This document shows positions 31,284 through 40,600 of a stretch of 64,000 nt of DNA, piece by piece. Numbering within the stretch: the first letter of the stretch is position 1; each line of letters opens with the position of its first letter. The DNA comes from an uncultured Oscillospiraceae bacterium (lineage in GTDB: Bacteria > Bacillota > Clostridia > Oscillospirales > Oscillospiraceae): contig CALWWP010000020.1 in the NCBI GenBank assembly GCA_944385275.1, positions 198 to 64,197 of the forward strand. Direction: 5' to 3'. The translations under genes and the position numbers were made by a program. Under the pieces are notes generated by a model. The model did not search any database. It saw nothing but the letters and a program-made list of their open reading frames with translations, and was not told the origin of the DNA.

Positions 31284-32408
31284 TTAATTTGCTCCGGCTG
31301 TATCCAACACTATTTTGGCAATTTGTTCTGCGCTATTCATAAATCCATCCACATACATCTGCTCGGACATGCGTCTAAGCTTATCAGGGTCTGACACAAG
31401 TTCAGTTATAGTTTCAAAAAGTTTATCTCCGCTGCATTCATTTTCACGTATCAATACTGCAGCGCCCCTTTTAGCTGGAATCTCTGCGTTCTTCTCCTGA
31501 TGGTTGTTTGTCACATACGGTGACGGCACTAAAACTGCAGGTTTTCCTATGGCCATAAGCTCACTCAGAGTAGAGGCTCCTGATCTACACAATATGAGAT
31601 CCGCAGCCATCATCACGCATGGCATATCAAAGATATACTGTCTCAGATCTGTGTGCTTGAGCTGTTCCGGTCTTTCAATATCCAAATCATGGAGCATCTT
31701 TTTCATGCCGCTGTCGGCGTTTCCGACGGCGTGAATATGCTGAAACGCCCCTATCTGCTCGTTCTTACATATGAGCTGGGCTGTTTTTTCATTCATATCC
31801 GAGGCTCCAAGAGAACCCCAAAAAGACACCACCAGAGGCCTATCGCTCAGCTTTAGCGCGTGTCTTGCGCTTTCATACGTCCATTTCGCAAAATCTCCGC
31901 GAACAGGGGTTCCAGTCGCAATGACATTTTTTGAATTCTTATAATACTTTTTGCTCTCAGAAAAGCCTACTAAAATCCTGTCTACATCGCGGGCCAGCAT
32001 CTGCGTAGTAAGCCCCGGCACTGCATTTGATTCATGCACTATCGTAGGTATCCCCATGTTGTGCGCCTGCTTAAGCACGGGATAACACACATATCCCCCC
32101 GTGCCGATAACGGCGTCAGGAGCAAACTCACTTATAATTTTTTTAGACTCGGAAAAAGACTTTATCAGCATCCCGACAGCTTTAAAATTTTCATATGCGG
32201 CATGCAGGGACATTTCTCGAAGCAGTCCATCCACCGCAACAGCTTCTATCCTGTAGCCCTCGCGCGGAACCAGCTCCAATTCCATATTGCCCTTAGCTCC
32301 GATAAACAGAAACTCCGGATCCGGCGAAAGCTCCCGAAGCTTTCCGGCAACGGCTAGGGCAGGATTGATATGTCCGGCCGTCCCTCCGCATGTAAATAAA
32401 AACCTCAT
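31284..32408 (-). CDS. murG: undecaprenyldiphospho-muramoylpentapeptide beta-N-acetylglucosaminyltransferase
   Basis: 374 aa with N-terminal GGTAGHINPALAV and a GT28 C-terminal domain. Confidence 0.92.
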   Translation of the reverse strand: MRFLFTCGGTAGHINPALAVAGKLRELSPDPEFLFIGAKGNMELELVPREGYRIEAVAVDGLLREMSLHAAYENFKAVGMLIKSFSESKKIISEFAPDAVIGTGGYVCYPVLKQAHNMGIPTIVHESNAVPGLTTQMLARDVDRILVGFSESKKYYKNSKNVIATGTPVRGDFAKWTYESARHALKLSDRPLVVSFWGSLGASDMNEKTAQLICKNEQIGAFQHIHAVGNADSGMKKMLHDLDIERPEQLKHTDLRQYIFDMPCVMMAADLILCRSGASTLSELMAIGKPAVLVPSPYVTNNHQEKNAEIPAKRGAAVLIRENECSGDKLFETITELVSDPDKLRRMSEQMYVDGFMNSAEQIAKIVLDTAGAN

Positions 32409-32409
32409 A

Positions 32410-33585
32410 TTAACCAGCCTTTTTGGTCGAAATATCCCTCGAAATTCCGAGTATTATTCCCATTTCAGCAAGCTGTATGACCAGCGCCGTACCTCCATAG
32501 CTGAAAAACGGCAGCGCTATTCCTGTACATGGCAGCAAATTGGTAACAACTCCTACATTTATAAACACCTGCATGGCAAGCAGAGACGTAATACCCGTAA
32601 TGACCAGTGAACCGAATCTGTTCCGGCAGTGCAGAGCCAGCCAATAGCCTCTTATTATAAGCATCGCAAAAAGCGCAAGTATCAGCATAGCCCCTATAAA
32701 TCCCAGTTCCTCGCATATGACTGCAAAAATAAAGTCGTTGTGCTCCTCTGGCAAATACAAATACTTCTGCCGGCTCTGTCCTAGGCCAAGCCCAAGCAGT
32801 CCGCCGGAACCTATAGAATACAGTGACTGTATTATCTGCCAGCCTGTATCCTGCGTATCCGAAAACGGATCAAGCCATGTTGAAATACGTGACGAGGCAT
32901 AGGAGAACTGAGTAATTACCAGAGTTCCCAGCGCTGCAATTATTACGGCAGCTATTCCAAACCATTTTAATTTCGTGCCGCCGGCAAACATCATAATGGC
33001 AGCTATTCCGATGATTACTATGCTTGCCGAAATATGCGGTTCCAACAGCAGTAGTCCAACAATGACCGCAGTAACTATGCCAAATGGAAGCACACCGTAT
33101 CTAAATGTGCTCATTTTTTCCTTGTAAACACAGATCATGGAAGCAAACGCTAGTATTTCGGCAATCTTGGCGATTTCCGACGGCTGAAAAGTTGTAAAAC
33201 CTATCCATATCCAGCGCTTGGCTCCGCCGCTGTCAACCCCTATCACCGGAACTGCAAGCAGCAAAGCTATAGACGCTATCAGCAACGGCATAGCAATGCG
33301 TCTGTAAAACCCTATCGGCAGCCTAGCCGCCGCAAGCATACAAGCTACTCCGGCAATAGAAAATATAAATTGCCTTGTAAAATACTGTGTAGGATTGCCC
33401 GACTCATAGTATGCGCTTGCAAAGCTGGCCGACAAGACCATTATAAGTCCTATGCCCAGCAGCAATATCGTAAGCATAAGAAACGGCAGATCCATACTAC
33501 CGCGGCTGCTCTCTTCCTCGCGGTAGTCGCGTATACGGCGGTTTTCTTCCGCATCGCTTTTGGGAACTCTATACAGTTCTGCCAT
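32410..33585 (-). CDS. ftsW: SEDS family peptidoglycan polymerase (FtsW/SpoVE)
   Basis: 391 aa, 10 TM, FtsW/RodA/SpoVE signature (FQPSEIAKI, LPEEHNDFIFA, GTALPFFSYGGT). Confidence 0.9.
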   Translation of the reverse strand: MAELYRVPKSDAEENRRIRDYREEESSRGSMDLPFLMLTILLLGIGLIMVLSASFASAYYESGNPTQYFTRQFIFSIAGVACMLAAARLPIGFYRRIAMPLLIASIALLLAVPVIGVDSGGAKRWIWIGFTTFQPSEIAKIAEILAFASMICVYKEKMSTFRYGVLPFGIVTAVIVGLLLLEPHISASIVIIGIAAIMMFAGGTKLKWFGIAAVIIAALGTLVITQFSYASSRISTWLDPFSDTQDTGWQIIQSLYSIGSGGLLGLGLGQSRQKYLYLPEEHNDFIFAVICEELGFIGAMLILALFAMLIIRGYWLALHCRNRFGSLVITGITSLLAMQVFINVGVVTNLLPCTGIALPFFSYGGTALVIQLAEMGIILGISRDISTKKAG

Positions 33586-33616
33586 GTCTGTGCCCTCCTT
33601 TGCCGAAACAGCTTAA

Positions 33617-34609
33617 TTATGCCCCATATCTGCCATGCACTGCGCTCCAAACCACAACGGCCATGACAAATGTGATCGCAGTAAACACGGCAAATATTTT
33701 CTTTTCTTTCCATCCGCACATTTCCAAATGATGATGCAATGGGGCCATTTTAAAAATGCGCTTTCCATGGGTAACTTTAAAATAAATGATCTGTATGATA
33801 TCTGACATCGTCTCTACAATGTACACGATTCCAAGCGGTATCAGTATAAGCGGCATATCAAGTGAAAACGCCAGAGCACATACAGCTCCACCTAAAAACA
33901 GCGAACCCGTATCCCCCATAAAAACCTTTGCAGGATAAAAATTGTATATTAGAAATCCTGCAAGTCCCCCCGTAAGCGCTGCCGCAAAAATTCCTTGGGC
34001 CATATACCCCCACGAAAAAGCTATAGCGGCATAGCAGGCCGCTACCGGCAGCGTTACGCCTGTGACAAGTCCGTCTATACCATCTGTAATATTGACCGCA
34101 TTTACTGTTCCCACTATTATAAATGCAGCCAATATCAGATACAGGTCCTCTCGCATAAGAATAGTTATATCTAAAAAAGGAATATACAAATTCGGCCGTA
34201 CTATACCAAAATAGCGCAATAAAAGTATGAATGCCACTGCAGCCGCGAGCTGAAGTGCAAATTTCTGCAGCGCGGTCAAGCCGGTGTTTTCCTTCTTTTT
34301 AAGTTTCTCATAGTCGTCTAAAAAGCCTATAACAGCAAAGATAAGGGAAAATCCGAGCATAAATATATGCTCATATTGGCCGTTTTTAATACATAGCAGA
34401 CCAATACTGAAACACGACCCTACGATCCCCGCGATAAACGCAAGGCCTCCCATAGTCGGCGTGCCCTGCTTAGACATATGCCATGTTGGACCGTCCTTTT
34501 TGATGCTCTGCCCAGCCTTTATCTTTCTCAAATACGGAACAAGCACTGCTGCGACAACGGTCGTCACAACAAAAGATATGATAAAGGACAAGATCAAAGT
34601 CGTGGTCAT
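33617..34609 (-). CDS. mraY: phospho-N-acetylmuramoyl-pentapeptide transferase
   Basis: 330 aa with MraY motifs (TPTMGG, NAVNITDGIDGL, MGDTGSL, APLHHH). Confidence 0.95.
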   Translation of the reverse strand: MTTTLILSFIISFVVTTVVAAVLVPYLRKIKAGQSIKKDGPTWHMSKQGTPTMGGLAFIAGIVGSCFSIGLLCIKNGQYEHIFMLGFSLIFAVIGFLDDYEKLKKKENTGLTALQKFALQLAAAVAFILLLRYFGIVRPNLYIPFLDITILMREDLYLILAAFIIVGTVNAVNITDGIDGLVTGVTLPVAACYAAIAFSWGYMAQGIFAAALTGGLAGFLIYNFYPAKVFMGDTGSLFLGGAVCALAFSLDMPLILIPLGIVYIVETMSDIIQIIYFKVTHGKRIFKMAPLHHHLEMCGWKEKKIFAVFTAITFVMAVVVWSAVHGRYGA

Positions 34610-36066
34610 TTTCCAGCTTCCCTTTCTTCTTCAAGAATAGAGGCTACAAGTTCTCTTTCGTCCATATGGAATTTTTCTTTCCCTATGATCTGGTAATTTT
34701 CATGCCCCTTGCCTGCCAAAACGATAACATCTCCGGGTTTTGCCAAGCTCATCGCCTTGCGTATTGCTTCTTTCCTGTCAGGTACAACATAATATGGGGT
34801 CTTACTTCCCTTTATTCCCTCAAGGATATCCGAGATTATGGCATTCGGATCTTCGGTTCTCGGATTATCCGAGGTGACAACAACAACATCTGCCAGTCTG
34901 ACAGCTATCTCGCCCATTTTAGGCCGCTTTGTCTTGTCTCTGTCCCCGCCGCATCCGAACAGCACTATCGTACGCCCTTTGGCAAAACCCTTCACGGTAT
35001 TCAATACATTTTCCATGGCGTCCGGAGTATGTGCATAGTCAATTAAAACCGTGTATGCTTTGCCAGTCGGAACGACCTCGACACGTCCTTTAACATTGCC
35101 GCATTTTGAAAGCGCAGATATTATCTCTTCAACTGGAAATCCAAGCTGCATTGCGCAGGCGATCACCGTCAGAGCGTTGTACACAGAAAACATGCCCGGA
35201 ATATTAAGTCTTACTTTCTTAAGCATTCCCGTCATAAGCAGGCAGAATTCCACTCTGTCCTCTTTTAAACGTATTTCCTTTGCCACCAGATCTGCTTCGT
35301 TTTTCTTGGTAGAAAGTTTTAACATCGGACAGGCTGCATGCTCAAGTATATATGAAGATGCAGAATCGTCAAGGTTTACGACTCCTTGTTTACACTTTGT
35401 AAACAAAATTGCCTTTGCCTTGAGGTATTCCTCCATAGTCCTATGGAAATCCAGATGATCCTGTGTGAGATTAGTAAAAGCTCCTACTTCAAACTCAATA
35501 GTTTCTACGCGGTCCAAAGCAAGAGAGTGCGAAGATACTTCCATAACGACATACAGGCAGCCCTCTTTGTACATCTCTGCAAAAAGTTCCTGAAGCTCAT
35601 ATGATTCCGGCGTGGTGCGTTCTGTCGGCAGTACAAGTTCTCCTATCATATTTTGGTTTGTGCCGATCAATCCCACTTTTTCTCCTGTAATGCTCTCGAT
35701 AATTTCCTTGAGCAGCGTAGTCACGGTAGTCTTGCCGTTTGTGCCAGTAACACCTATCATCTTCATTTTGTCGGCCGGCCTGCCAAAATAGTTTGCAGAC
35801 ATCACTGCAAGGGCCCGGCGCGGATTTTGAACCAGTACATGCGGGATATCGGCAGGCTGTTTTTTACCGCATATCACAACGGCAGCTCCGTTATTTAATG
35901 CATCTGAAATATACTTGTGGCCATCAGTTTCAAATCCTTCAATAGCAACAAACGCACTTCCCGCCTTTGCTTTTCTCGAATCGTAGCACAGGCTCTGTAT
36001 CTCTGTATCTAAGGATACGCTGCAGTTTATGACTTCTATCCCACTAAGCAATTCTTTCAGAGTCAT
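34606..36066 (-). CDS. murE: UDP-N-acetylmuramoyl-L-alanyl-D-glutamate--2,6-diaminopimelate ligase
   Basis: 486 aa with P-loop GVTGTNGKTT and the DNPR motif (TSDNPRTEDP) associated with meso-DAP specificity. 4-nt overlap with the mraY start. Confidence 0.9.
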   Translation of the reverse strand: MTLKELLSGIEVINCSVSLDTEIQSLCYDSRKAKAGSAFVAIEGFETDGHKYISDALNNGAAVVICGKKQPADIPHVLVQNPRRALAVMSANYFGRPADKMKMIGVTGTNGKTTVTTLLKEIIESITGEKVGLIGTNQNMIGELVLPTERTTPESYELQELFAEMYKEGCLYVVMEVSSHSLALDRVETIEFEVGAFTNLTQDHLDFHRTMEEYLKAKAILFTKCKQGVVNLDDSASSYILEHAACPMLKLSTKKNEADLVAKEIRLKEDRVEFCLLMTGMLKKVRLNIPGMFSVYNALTVIACAMQLGFPVEEIISALSKCGNVKGRVEVVPTGKAYTVLIDYAHTPDAMENVLNTVKGFAKGRTIVLFGCGGDRDKTKRPKMGEIAVRLADVVVVTSDNPRTEDPNAIISDILEGIKGSKTPYYVVPDRKEAIRKAMSLAKPGDVIVLAGKGHENYQIIGKEKFHMDERELVASILEEEREAGK

Positions 36067-36090
36067 TAAATTACACCTCTTTCTTCGGTA

Positions 36091-38361
36091 TCATCTGGTT
36101 TCCATAATGGATGTATCGCTGTCTACAAGCGTCACTTCTATTACTGTACCGCGCGCAACCTCGTTGCCCGCATTTACAGACTGCCTTGAAACTACGATAG
36201 TCGACGAAGACGGCATTACTCCGCTGTAAGCCACAAATAGTCCGCAGCTCTCCAGCTCTTCTCTTGCGTCGGTATATGTCAATCCGGTCAACTCCGGAAC
36301 GACGACTGTATCATTTGGCTTGCTTTCTCCTAAATATATAATTACTTCTGTTCCCACTGCGACTCTTACATTTGCCATAGGCAGCTGATCGGTCACAGTT
36401 TCTCCGGTTCCTACCGTCCGCACTGAAAATCCGCTTTCTTCAAGCTCCGCTATCGCCTCAGACGACGTCAGGCTCTTGACGTTCGGTACAGATATGTCTA
36501 TATTCTGCTGTTCTTCGTCTGTGTACACGGTATCCACTCCGAGGTACGGAAGAGCATCAGCAAAGATATTTCCCACTACCGGCGCCGCCATGACGCCGCC
36601 GCTGATGTATATGCCGCTTTCACTGCTTGGGCTGTCCAGTATTACCAGAACAGCTATTTGCGGATCGTCTGCCGGGGCAAAACCGACAAATGACACCATG
36701 TAGTCGTCGCTGTTTTGTCCGACTTTTTCGGACGTTCCCGTCTTTCCAGCGATACGATAACCGGCCACATAGGCGTTTTTACCAGTGCCCTCTTCTCCAG
36801 ATACGACCTGTTCCAATATCTCGCAAACCTGTTTGGACGTATCTTCGCTTATCACCTGTCTGACGACCGTAGGCTCTATATCTTCCTTAACACTGCCGTC
36901 TTGATTTAGGATCTGCTGCACTACATAAGGCTGCATGAGGTTTCCGCCATTCGCAACAGTAGAAACTGCCGTTATCATTTGAAGTGGAGTAATATTAAAT
37001 GTCTGTCCAAACGACGCCGCCGCCAATTGTGACTGATTGAGCGGATCTTCAAAAACCTCTTGACTCCACCAAATAGCACCGCTTTCGCCGTTCATATCTA
37101 TGCCGGTAATGTCAAAGAATCCAAATGCCTCCAAATAGTCCCAAAAGCGCTCTGCTCCAATTCTCTCCGCTATTCTTACAAATGCTACGTTGCAGGAGTG
37201 CTGGGTAGCCTGTGTCAAAGTCTGACTTCCGTGGCCGTCGCTGTCCCAGCAGTGCACAGGATCGTCACGCCCCAAAACGTCTATTGAACTTCCGCAGTAA
37301 AAGTCTTCTGTTCCATCTACGGCTCCGCTGTCCAGCGCAGTAGCAAGGGTTATTATTTTAAATGTAGAACCCGGCTCATACGTATCTGTAATAGCCCTGT
37401 TTCTCCACTGCTCTGCCAATGCCTCGCTTATGGCGTCCTCATATTCAGATTCCGTAAGCTTTTCCAACTGGCTTTTCACTTCGGGATCGCTGATCTCCAA
37501 GTAGTTGTTGAGATCATATCCCGGAGAAGTCGCCATCCCAAGTATTGCTCCTGTGTCTACCTCCATGGCTATCGCAATACCGCCGTTTTTAATGTCGTAG
37601 TCTGCAATCGCCTGTTCCAGATTCTTTTCCAGAAAATACTGTATAGTAGAATCCAAAGTCAGAACGAGACTGTTTCCGTCAGTTGCATCATAGTAGTCTT
37701 CGTATTGGGTATAAAGCATATCCGTACCTGTTGCCGTCGTAGCTCTAACTATGCGTCCGTTTACACCCTGCAGCTCGCTGTTGTATTTTGCCTCAAGTCC
37801 TTCAAGTCCCGTATTTTCTGTCCCTACAAAGCCTATTATCTGCGACGCCAGGTTGCTGTACGGATAGTAGCGCTTTGTATCCTCGACTATATGCACGCTT
37901 TTCAAATCGTGTTCATTTTTAAACGCGCGAACCTCGTAAGCAAGTTCCTGTTCTATCTTTACTGCCACCGTCTTATACCAAGACTCCGTATCTTCCCATT
38001 TTTTCATTATCTCATCGTATTCAACACCGAGTATCTCAGACAATCCGGATGCAATCATGGATTTATCTTCTTCATACTGTATCATCTCAGCTGGACTTAT
38101 ATACACAGTCTCTACCGTAGCGCTCTGAGCCAGCACGTTCATGTTCCTATCGTATATCGTGCCCCTCGACGCATTGATAGTCGTCTCACGCACCTGCTGT
38201 TCAATAGCTCCGCTCTGGTATATAGCGTGATCTCTTATTTGTATTATGTAAAGTCTGCATCCAAGTACTACAAAGGAAAATACGCCGCACACTACCATGA
38301 GAATCAGTGTGCGGCTCAAGATCTCCTTATTAGGCTTTTGCGCGCGGTTTTTTCTTGCCAT
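36091..38361 (-). CDS. class B penicillin-binding protein (FtsI/SpoVD/PBP2B type) with two C-terminal PASTA domains
   Basis: 756 aa with an N-terminal TM anchor, a dimerisation domain, transpeptidase motifs STFK, SCN and KTGT, and two PASTA repeats at the C-terminus. Confidence 0.92.
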   Translation of the reverse strand: MARKNRAQKPNKEILSRTLILMVVCGVFSFVVLGCRLYIIQIRDHAIYQSGAIEQQVRETTINASRGTIYDRNMNVLAQSATVETVYISPAEMIQYEEDKSMIASGLSEILGVEYDEIMKKWEDTESWYKTVAVKIEQELAYEVRAFKNEHDLKSVHIVEDTKRYYPYSNLASQIIGFVGTENTGLEGLEAKYNSELQGVNGRIVRATTATGTDMLYTQYEDYYDATDGNSLVLTLDSTIQYFLEKNLEQAIADYDIKNGGIAIAMEVDTGAILGMATSPGYDLNNYLEISDPEVKSQLEKLTESEYEDAISEALAEQWRNRAITDTYEPGSTFKIITLATALDSGAVDGTEDFYCGSSIDVLGRDDPVHCWDSDGHGSQTLTQATQHSCNVAFVRIAERIGAERFWDYLEAFGFFDITGIDMNGESGAIWWSQEVFEDPLNQSQLAAASFGQTFNITPLQMITAVSTVANGGNLMQPYVVQQILNQDGSVKEDIEPTVVRQVISEDTSKQVCEILEQVVSGEEGTGKNAYVAGYRIAGKTGTSEKVGQNSDDYMVSFVGFAPADDPQIAVLVILDSPSSESGIYISGGVMAAPVVGNIFADALPYLGVDTVYTDEEQQNIDISVPNVKSLTSSEAIAELEESGFSVRTVGTGETVTDQLPMANVRVAVGTEVIIYLGESKPNDTVVVPELTGLTYTDAREELESCGLFVAYSGVMPSSSTIVVSRQSVNAGNEVARGTVIEVTLVDSDTSIMETR

Positions 38362-38420
38362 AATAAAACTCCTGATATGTCATTCTAGCTTTTCTGTCCT
38401 CTTAACATTCCTATGGCGAG

Positions 38421-38978
38421 CTATTTCAAATATTCCACTGCATTAGAGATTATTTTTAAAATTCTATCTAAAATATTCATTTCACCGCCGTCGTTGGACA
38501 AGATCACCGCTTTATCGCTGGCAGACGAGTTGACATACTGTATCTGGCTTCCGTCTGCTTTCACCATGCCAAGTGTGTTCTTCGCATACTCCTCCACTTC
38601 GTAGAGATTGAAAACGCTTTCATGGCGTATCTGAAGCTTAGTTTCTTCCTCAAGCAGTCCGTTTAACTGCTCGTTAAGTACGTTGGCTTCATTGGATATG
38701 TCGTTCAGCTTGATGTACGAAAACAGCACAAGCACGAGCATGACCGCGGAGACGGCGTAGCCTATGACAGCAAACGGTGAAAATGCTATCTTAGGCGCTG
38801 CAAGAGCCTGCGCACGCACTCTTACCTTTTCTCCGCTCTTCCTGCGCGGAGCGCTTTTTACTCCCGGAGCATATGCAGGTGCTTCGGCCGTATTGAGCCT
38901 ATCCAGATCATATGCCAAACTGCCGTACACGCCGTTTGAAGCATATCTCATTTTAACATTTTTTGTCGCTGCGCTCAT
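38421..38978 (-). CDS. ftsL: FtsL-like cell division protein
   Basis: 185 aa bitopic protein with a TM helix (FAVIGYAVSAVMLVLVLFSYI) followed by a coiled coil. Sits between rsmH and the PBP gene. The N-terminal cytoplasmic part is longer than typical. Confidence 0.55.
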   Translation of the reverse strand: MSAATKNVKMRYASNGVYGSLAYDLDRLNTAEAPAYAPGVKSAPRRKSGEKVRVRAQALAAPKIAFSPFAVIGYAVSAVMLVLVLFSYIKLNDISNEANVLNEQLNGLLEEETKLQIRHESVFNLYEVEEYAKNTLGMVKADGSQIQYVNSSASDKAVILSNDGGEMNILDRILKIISNAVEYLK

Positions 38979-38996
38979 GATAAGCTCCTTTCAAAA

Positions 38997-39929
38997 TTAC
39001 ACCCGTTCCGCAATGCGCAGCTTTGCGCTGCGTGCTCTCGGGTTCTCTTCAAGTTCTTTGGCATCAGCCATTATCGGCTTTTTCGTTATCACTTTTAATG
39101 TCTGCACAAATCCGCATACACAGACCGGAAAGCCCGGAGGGCATGTACATCCGTTCTGAGCCGTGTTCATAGCCGTCTTTACCAGCCTGTCCTCCAGCGA
39201 GTGAAAGCTTATAACTACAAGTCTGCCGCCGGTCTTCAGCCTTGGCACTGCGTTTTCCAGCATATCAGAAACCGCTGTCAGTTCGTCGTTTACCGCTATC
39301 CGAATAGCTTGAAAGCTGCGCTTCGCCGGGTGCTGCTTTTCCCGGAGCGCCGCCGCGGGGAGCGCCGACTTTATTATCTCGGTCAGTTCAGACGTCGTCT
39401 CTATGCTCTTTTGCTCTCTGTATTTTACTATTGCCGCGGCTATTCTCGCGCTGTACCTCTCTTCTCCAAATGACGAAAGTATGTTCCTCAGCTTCTTTTC
39501 ATCCCATGTATTGACTACGTCTCTGGCAGTCAGACTGTCTGTCTCATCCATGCGCATATCTAAAGGCGCGTCCTTCATATACGAGAATCCTCTGCTGACG
39601 TCGTCAAGCTGCGGCGAGGATACGCCGAGGTCAAACAGCATACCGTCTACTTTGTCGATTCCAAGATTATCAAGTATCTCATCGATATGCGCAAAATTTC
39701 CATGTACCATAGTCACTTTACCGCCATATGGCTCCAGCCTTTTACCGGCCTCCTGCACTGCGGTCCAGTCTCTGTCTATACAGATCAGGCGGCCTCCATT
39801 GAGCCTCTTGGCTATCTCTACGGAATGTCCGGCTCTGCCGACCGTCCCATCCACATAAATCCCTTCCGGCTTAATCGCAAGTCCTTCGATACATTCATTC
39901 AAGAGTACAGGTTTATGTGAGTACTCCAT
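38997..39929 (-). CDS. rsmH: 16S rRNA (cytosine1402-N4)-methyltransferase
   Basis: 310 aa with HKPVLLNE, the SAM-binding DGTVGRAGHS and the FHSLEDR motif. Confidence 0.96.
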   Translation of the reverse strand: MEYSHKPVLLNECIEGLAIKPEGIYVDGTVGRAGHSVEIAKRLNGGRLICIDRDWTAVQEAGKRLEPYGGKVTMVHGNFAHIDEILDNLGIDKVDGMLFDLGVSSPQLDDVSRGFSYMKDAPLDMRMDETDSLTARDVVNTWDEKKLRNILSSFGEERYSARIAAAIVKYREQKSIETTSELTEIIKSALPAAALREKQHPAKRSFQAIRIAVNDELTAVSDMLENAVPRLKTGGRLVVISFHSLEDRLVKTAMNTAQNGCTCPPGFPVCVCGFVQTLKVITKKPIMADAKELEENPRARSAKLRIAERV

Positions 39930-39947
39930 ACCGTCCTCCCCGTATGA

Positions 39948-40364
39948 TCAGAAGCCAAGTTCTTCCATTGCAGCCGCAATATTCTCCGGCGTCAATTCTT
40001 CTGTTTCCAGTTCTGTCCACTTTGTAAGATCCCAAATCTCGGCATGGTTGGAAACTCCGACGATCATCACATTTCTGTCAAGTCCGACAAAATCCCGCAG
40101 TTCCTGCGGTATAAGGATCCTCCCCTGAGAGTCCAGCTCACACTTAGCGGTGTTCGCGAAAAGGCTTCTCATCTTTCTGGATCTAGACAGAGGCAAAGCG
40201 TCAAATTTGGCGCGAAACAGATTCCAGCTCTCCGTTGAGTAAACAGACAGACACTCGTCCATGGAAAGGGTCACATAGCAGACATCTCCGATCTCTTCTC
40301 TGAGCTTTGAGGGAATGAACAATCTTCCTTTGGCATCTATACTGTGCTGATATTTGCCCGTCAT
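39948..40364 (-). CDS. mraZ: transcriptional regulator MraZ
   Basis: 138 aa with two MraZ/SpoVT-AbrB-type repeats (DAKGRLFIPSKLR and DSQGRILIPQELR). First gene of the dcw cluster. Confidence 0.96.
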   Translation of the reverse strand: MTGKYQHSIDAKGRLFIPSKLREEIGDVCYVTLSMDECLSVYSTESWNLFRAKFDALPLSRSRKMRSLFANTAKCELDSQGRILIPQELRDFVGLDRNVMIVGVSNHAEIWDLTKWTELETEELTPENIAAAMEELGF

Positions 40365-40383
40365 TCATTCCTCACCCTTTCTA

Positions 40384-40422
40384 TGGGATTTTAAAACATT
40401 TTACTCCATTTCGCCCCACTTT
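40384..40422 (-). promoter_or_regulatory. candidate MraZ operator: phased direct repeats downstream of the mraZ -10
   Basis: Minus strand reads AAAGTGGGGCG AAATGGAGT AAAATGTTTT AAAATCCCAT. TG dinucleotides at 40418, 40408 and 40398 are exactly 10 nt apart. The first two units match TGGNG. Confidence 0.45.
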
Positions 40423-40431
40423 ATTGTTTCT

Positions 40432-40460
40432 ATTATAAAATCTCGCTTATAAAATTGCAA
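40432..40460 (-). promoter_or_regulatory. sigma-A-type promoter of the dcw cluster (mraZ promoter)
   Basis: Minus strand TTGCAA (40460-40455), 17-nt spacer, TATAAT (40437-40432). Confidence 0.7.
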
Positions 40461-40511
40461 TAGAAAAATGAAATTTTTTTAGGACAAAAACGGCTGTTTT
40501 CACCCCATTTT

Positions 40512-40554
40512 AGGCAAAAAGCAATACTTCGAACAAATGTTCGAAGTATTGCTT
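40512..40554 (-). terminator. second of two tandem intrinsic terminators after the anti-sigma gene
   Basis: AAGCAATACTTCGAACA / TGTTCGAAGTATTGCTT near-perfect palindrome, followed on the minus strand by TTTTTG. Confidence 0.8.
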
Positions 40555-40588
40555 AAAAAAATATCGGGCAGGATAATACCTGCCCGAT
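40555..40588 (-). terminator. first of two tandem intrinsic terminators after the anti-sigma gene
   Basis: ATCGGGCAGG / CCTGCCCGAT stem, followed on the minus strand by ATTTTTTT. Confidence 0.8.
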
Positions 40589-40600
40589 GACCAGTAAATC

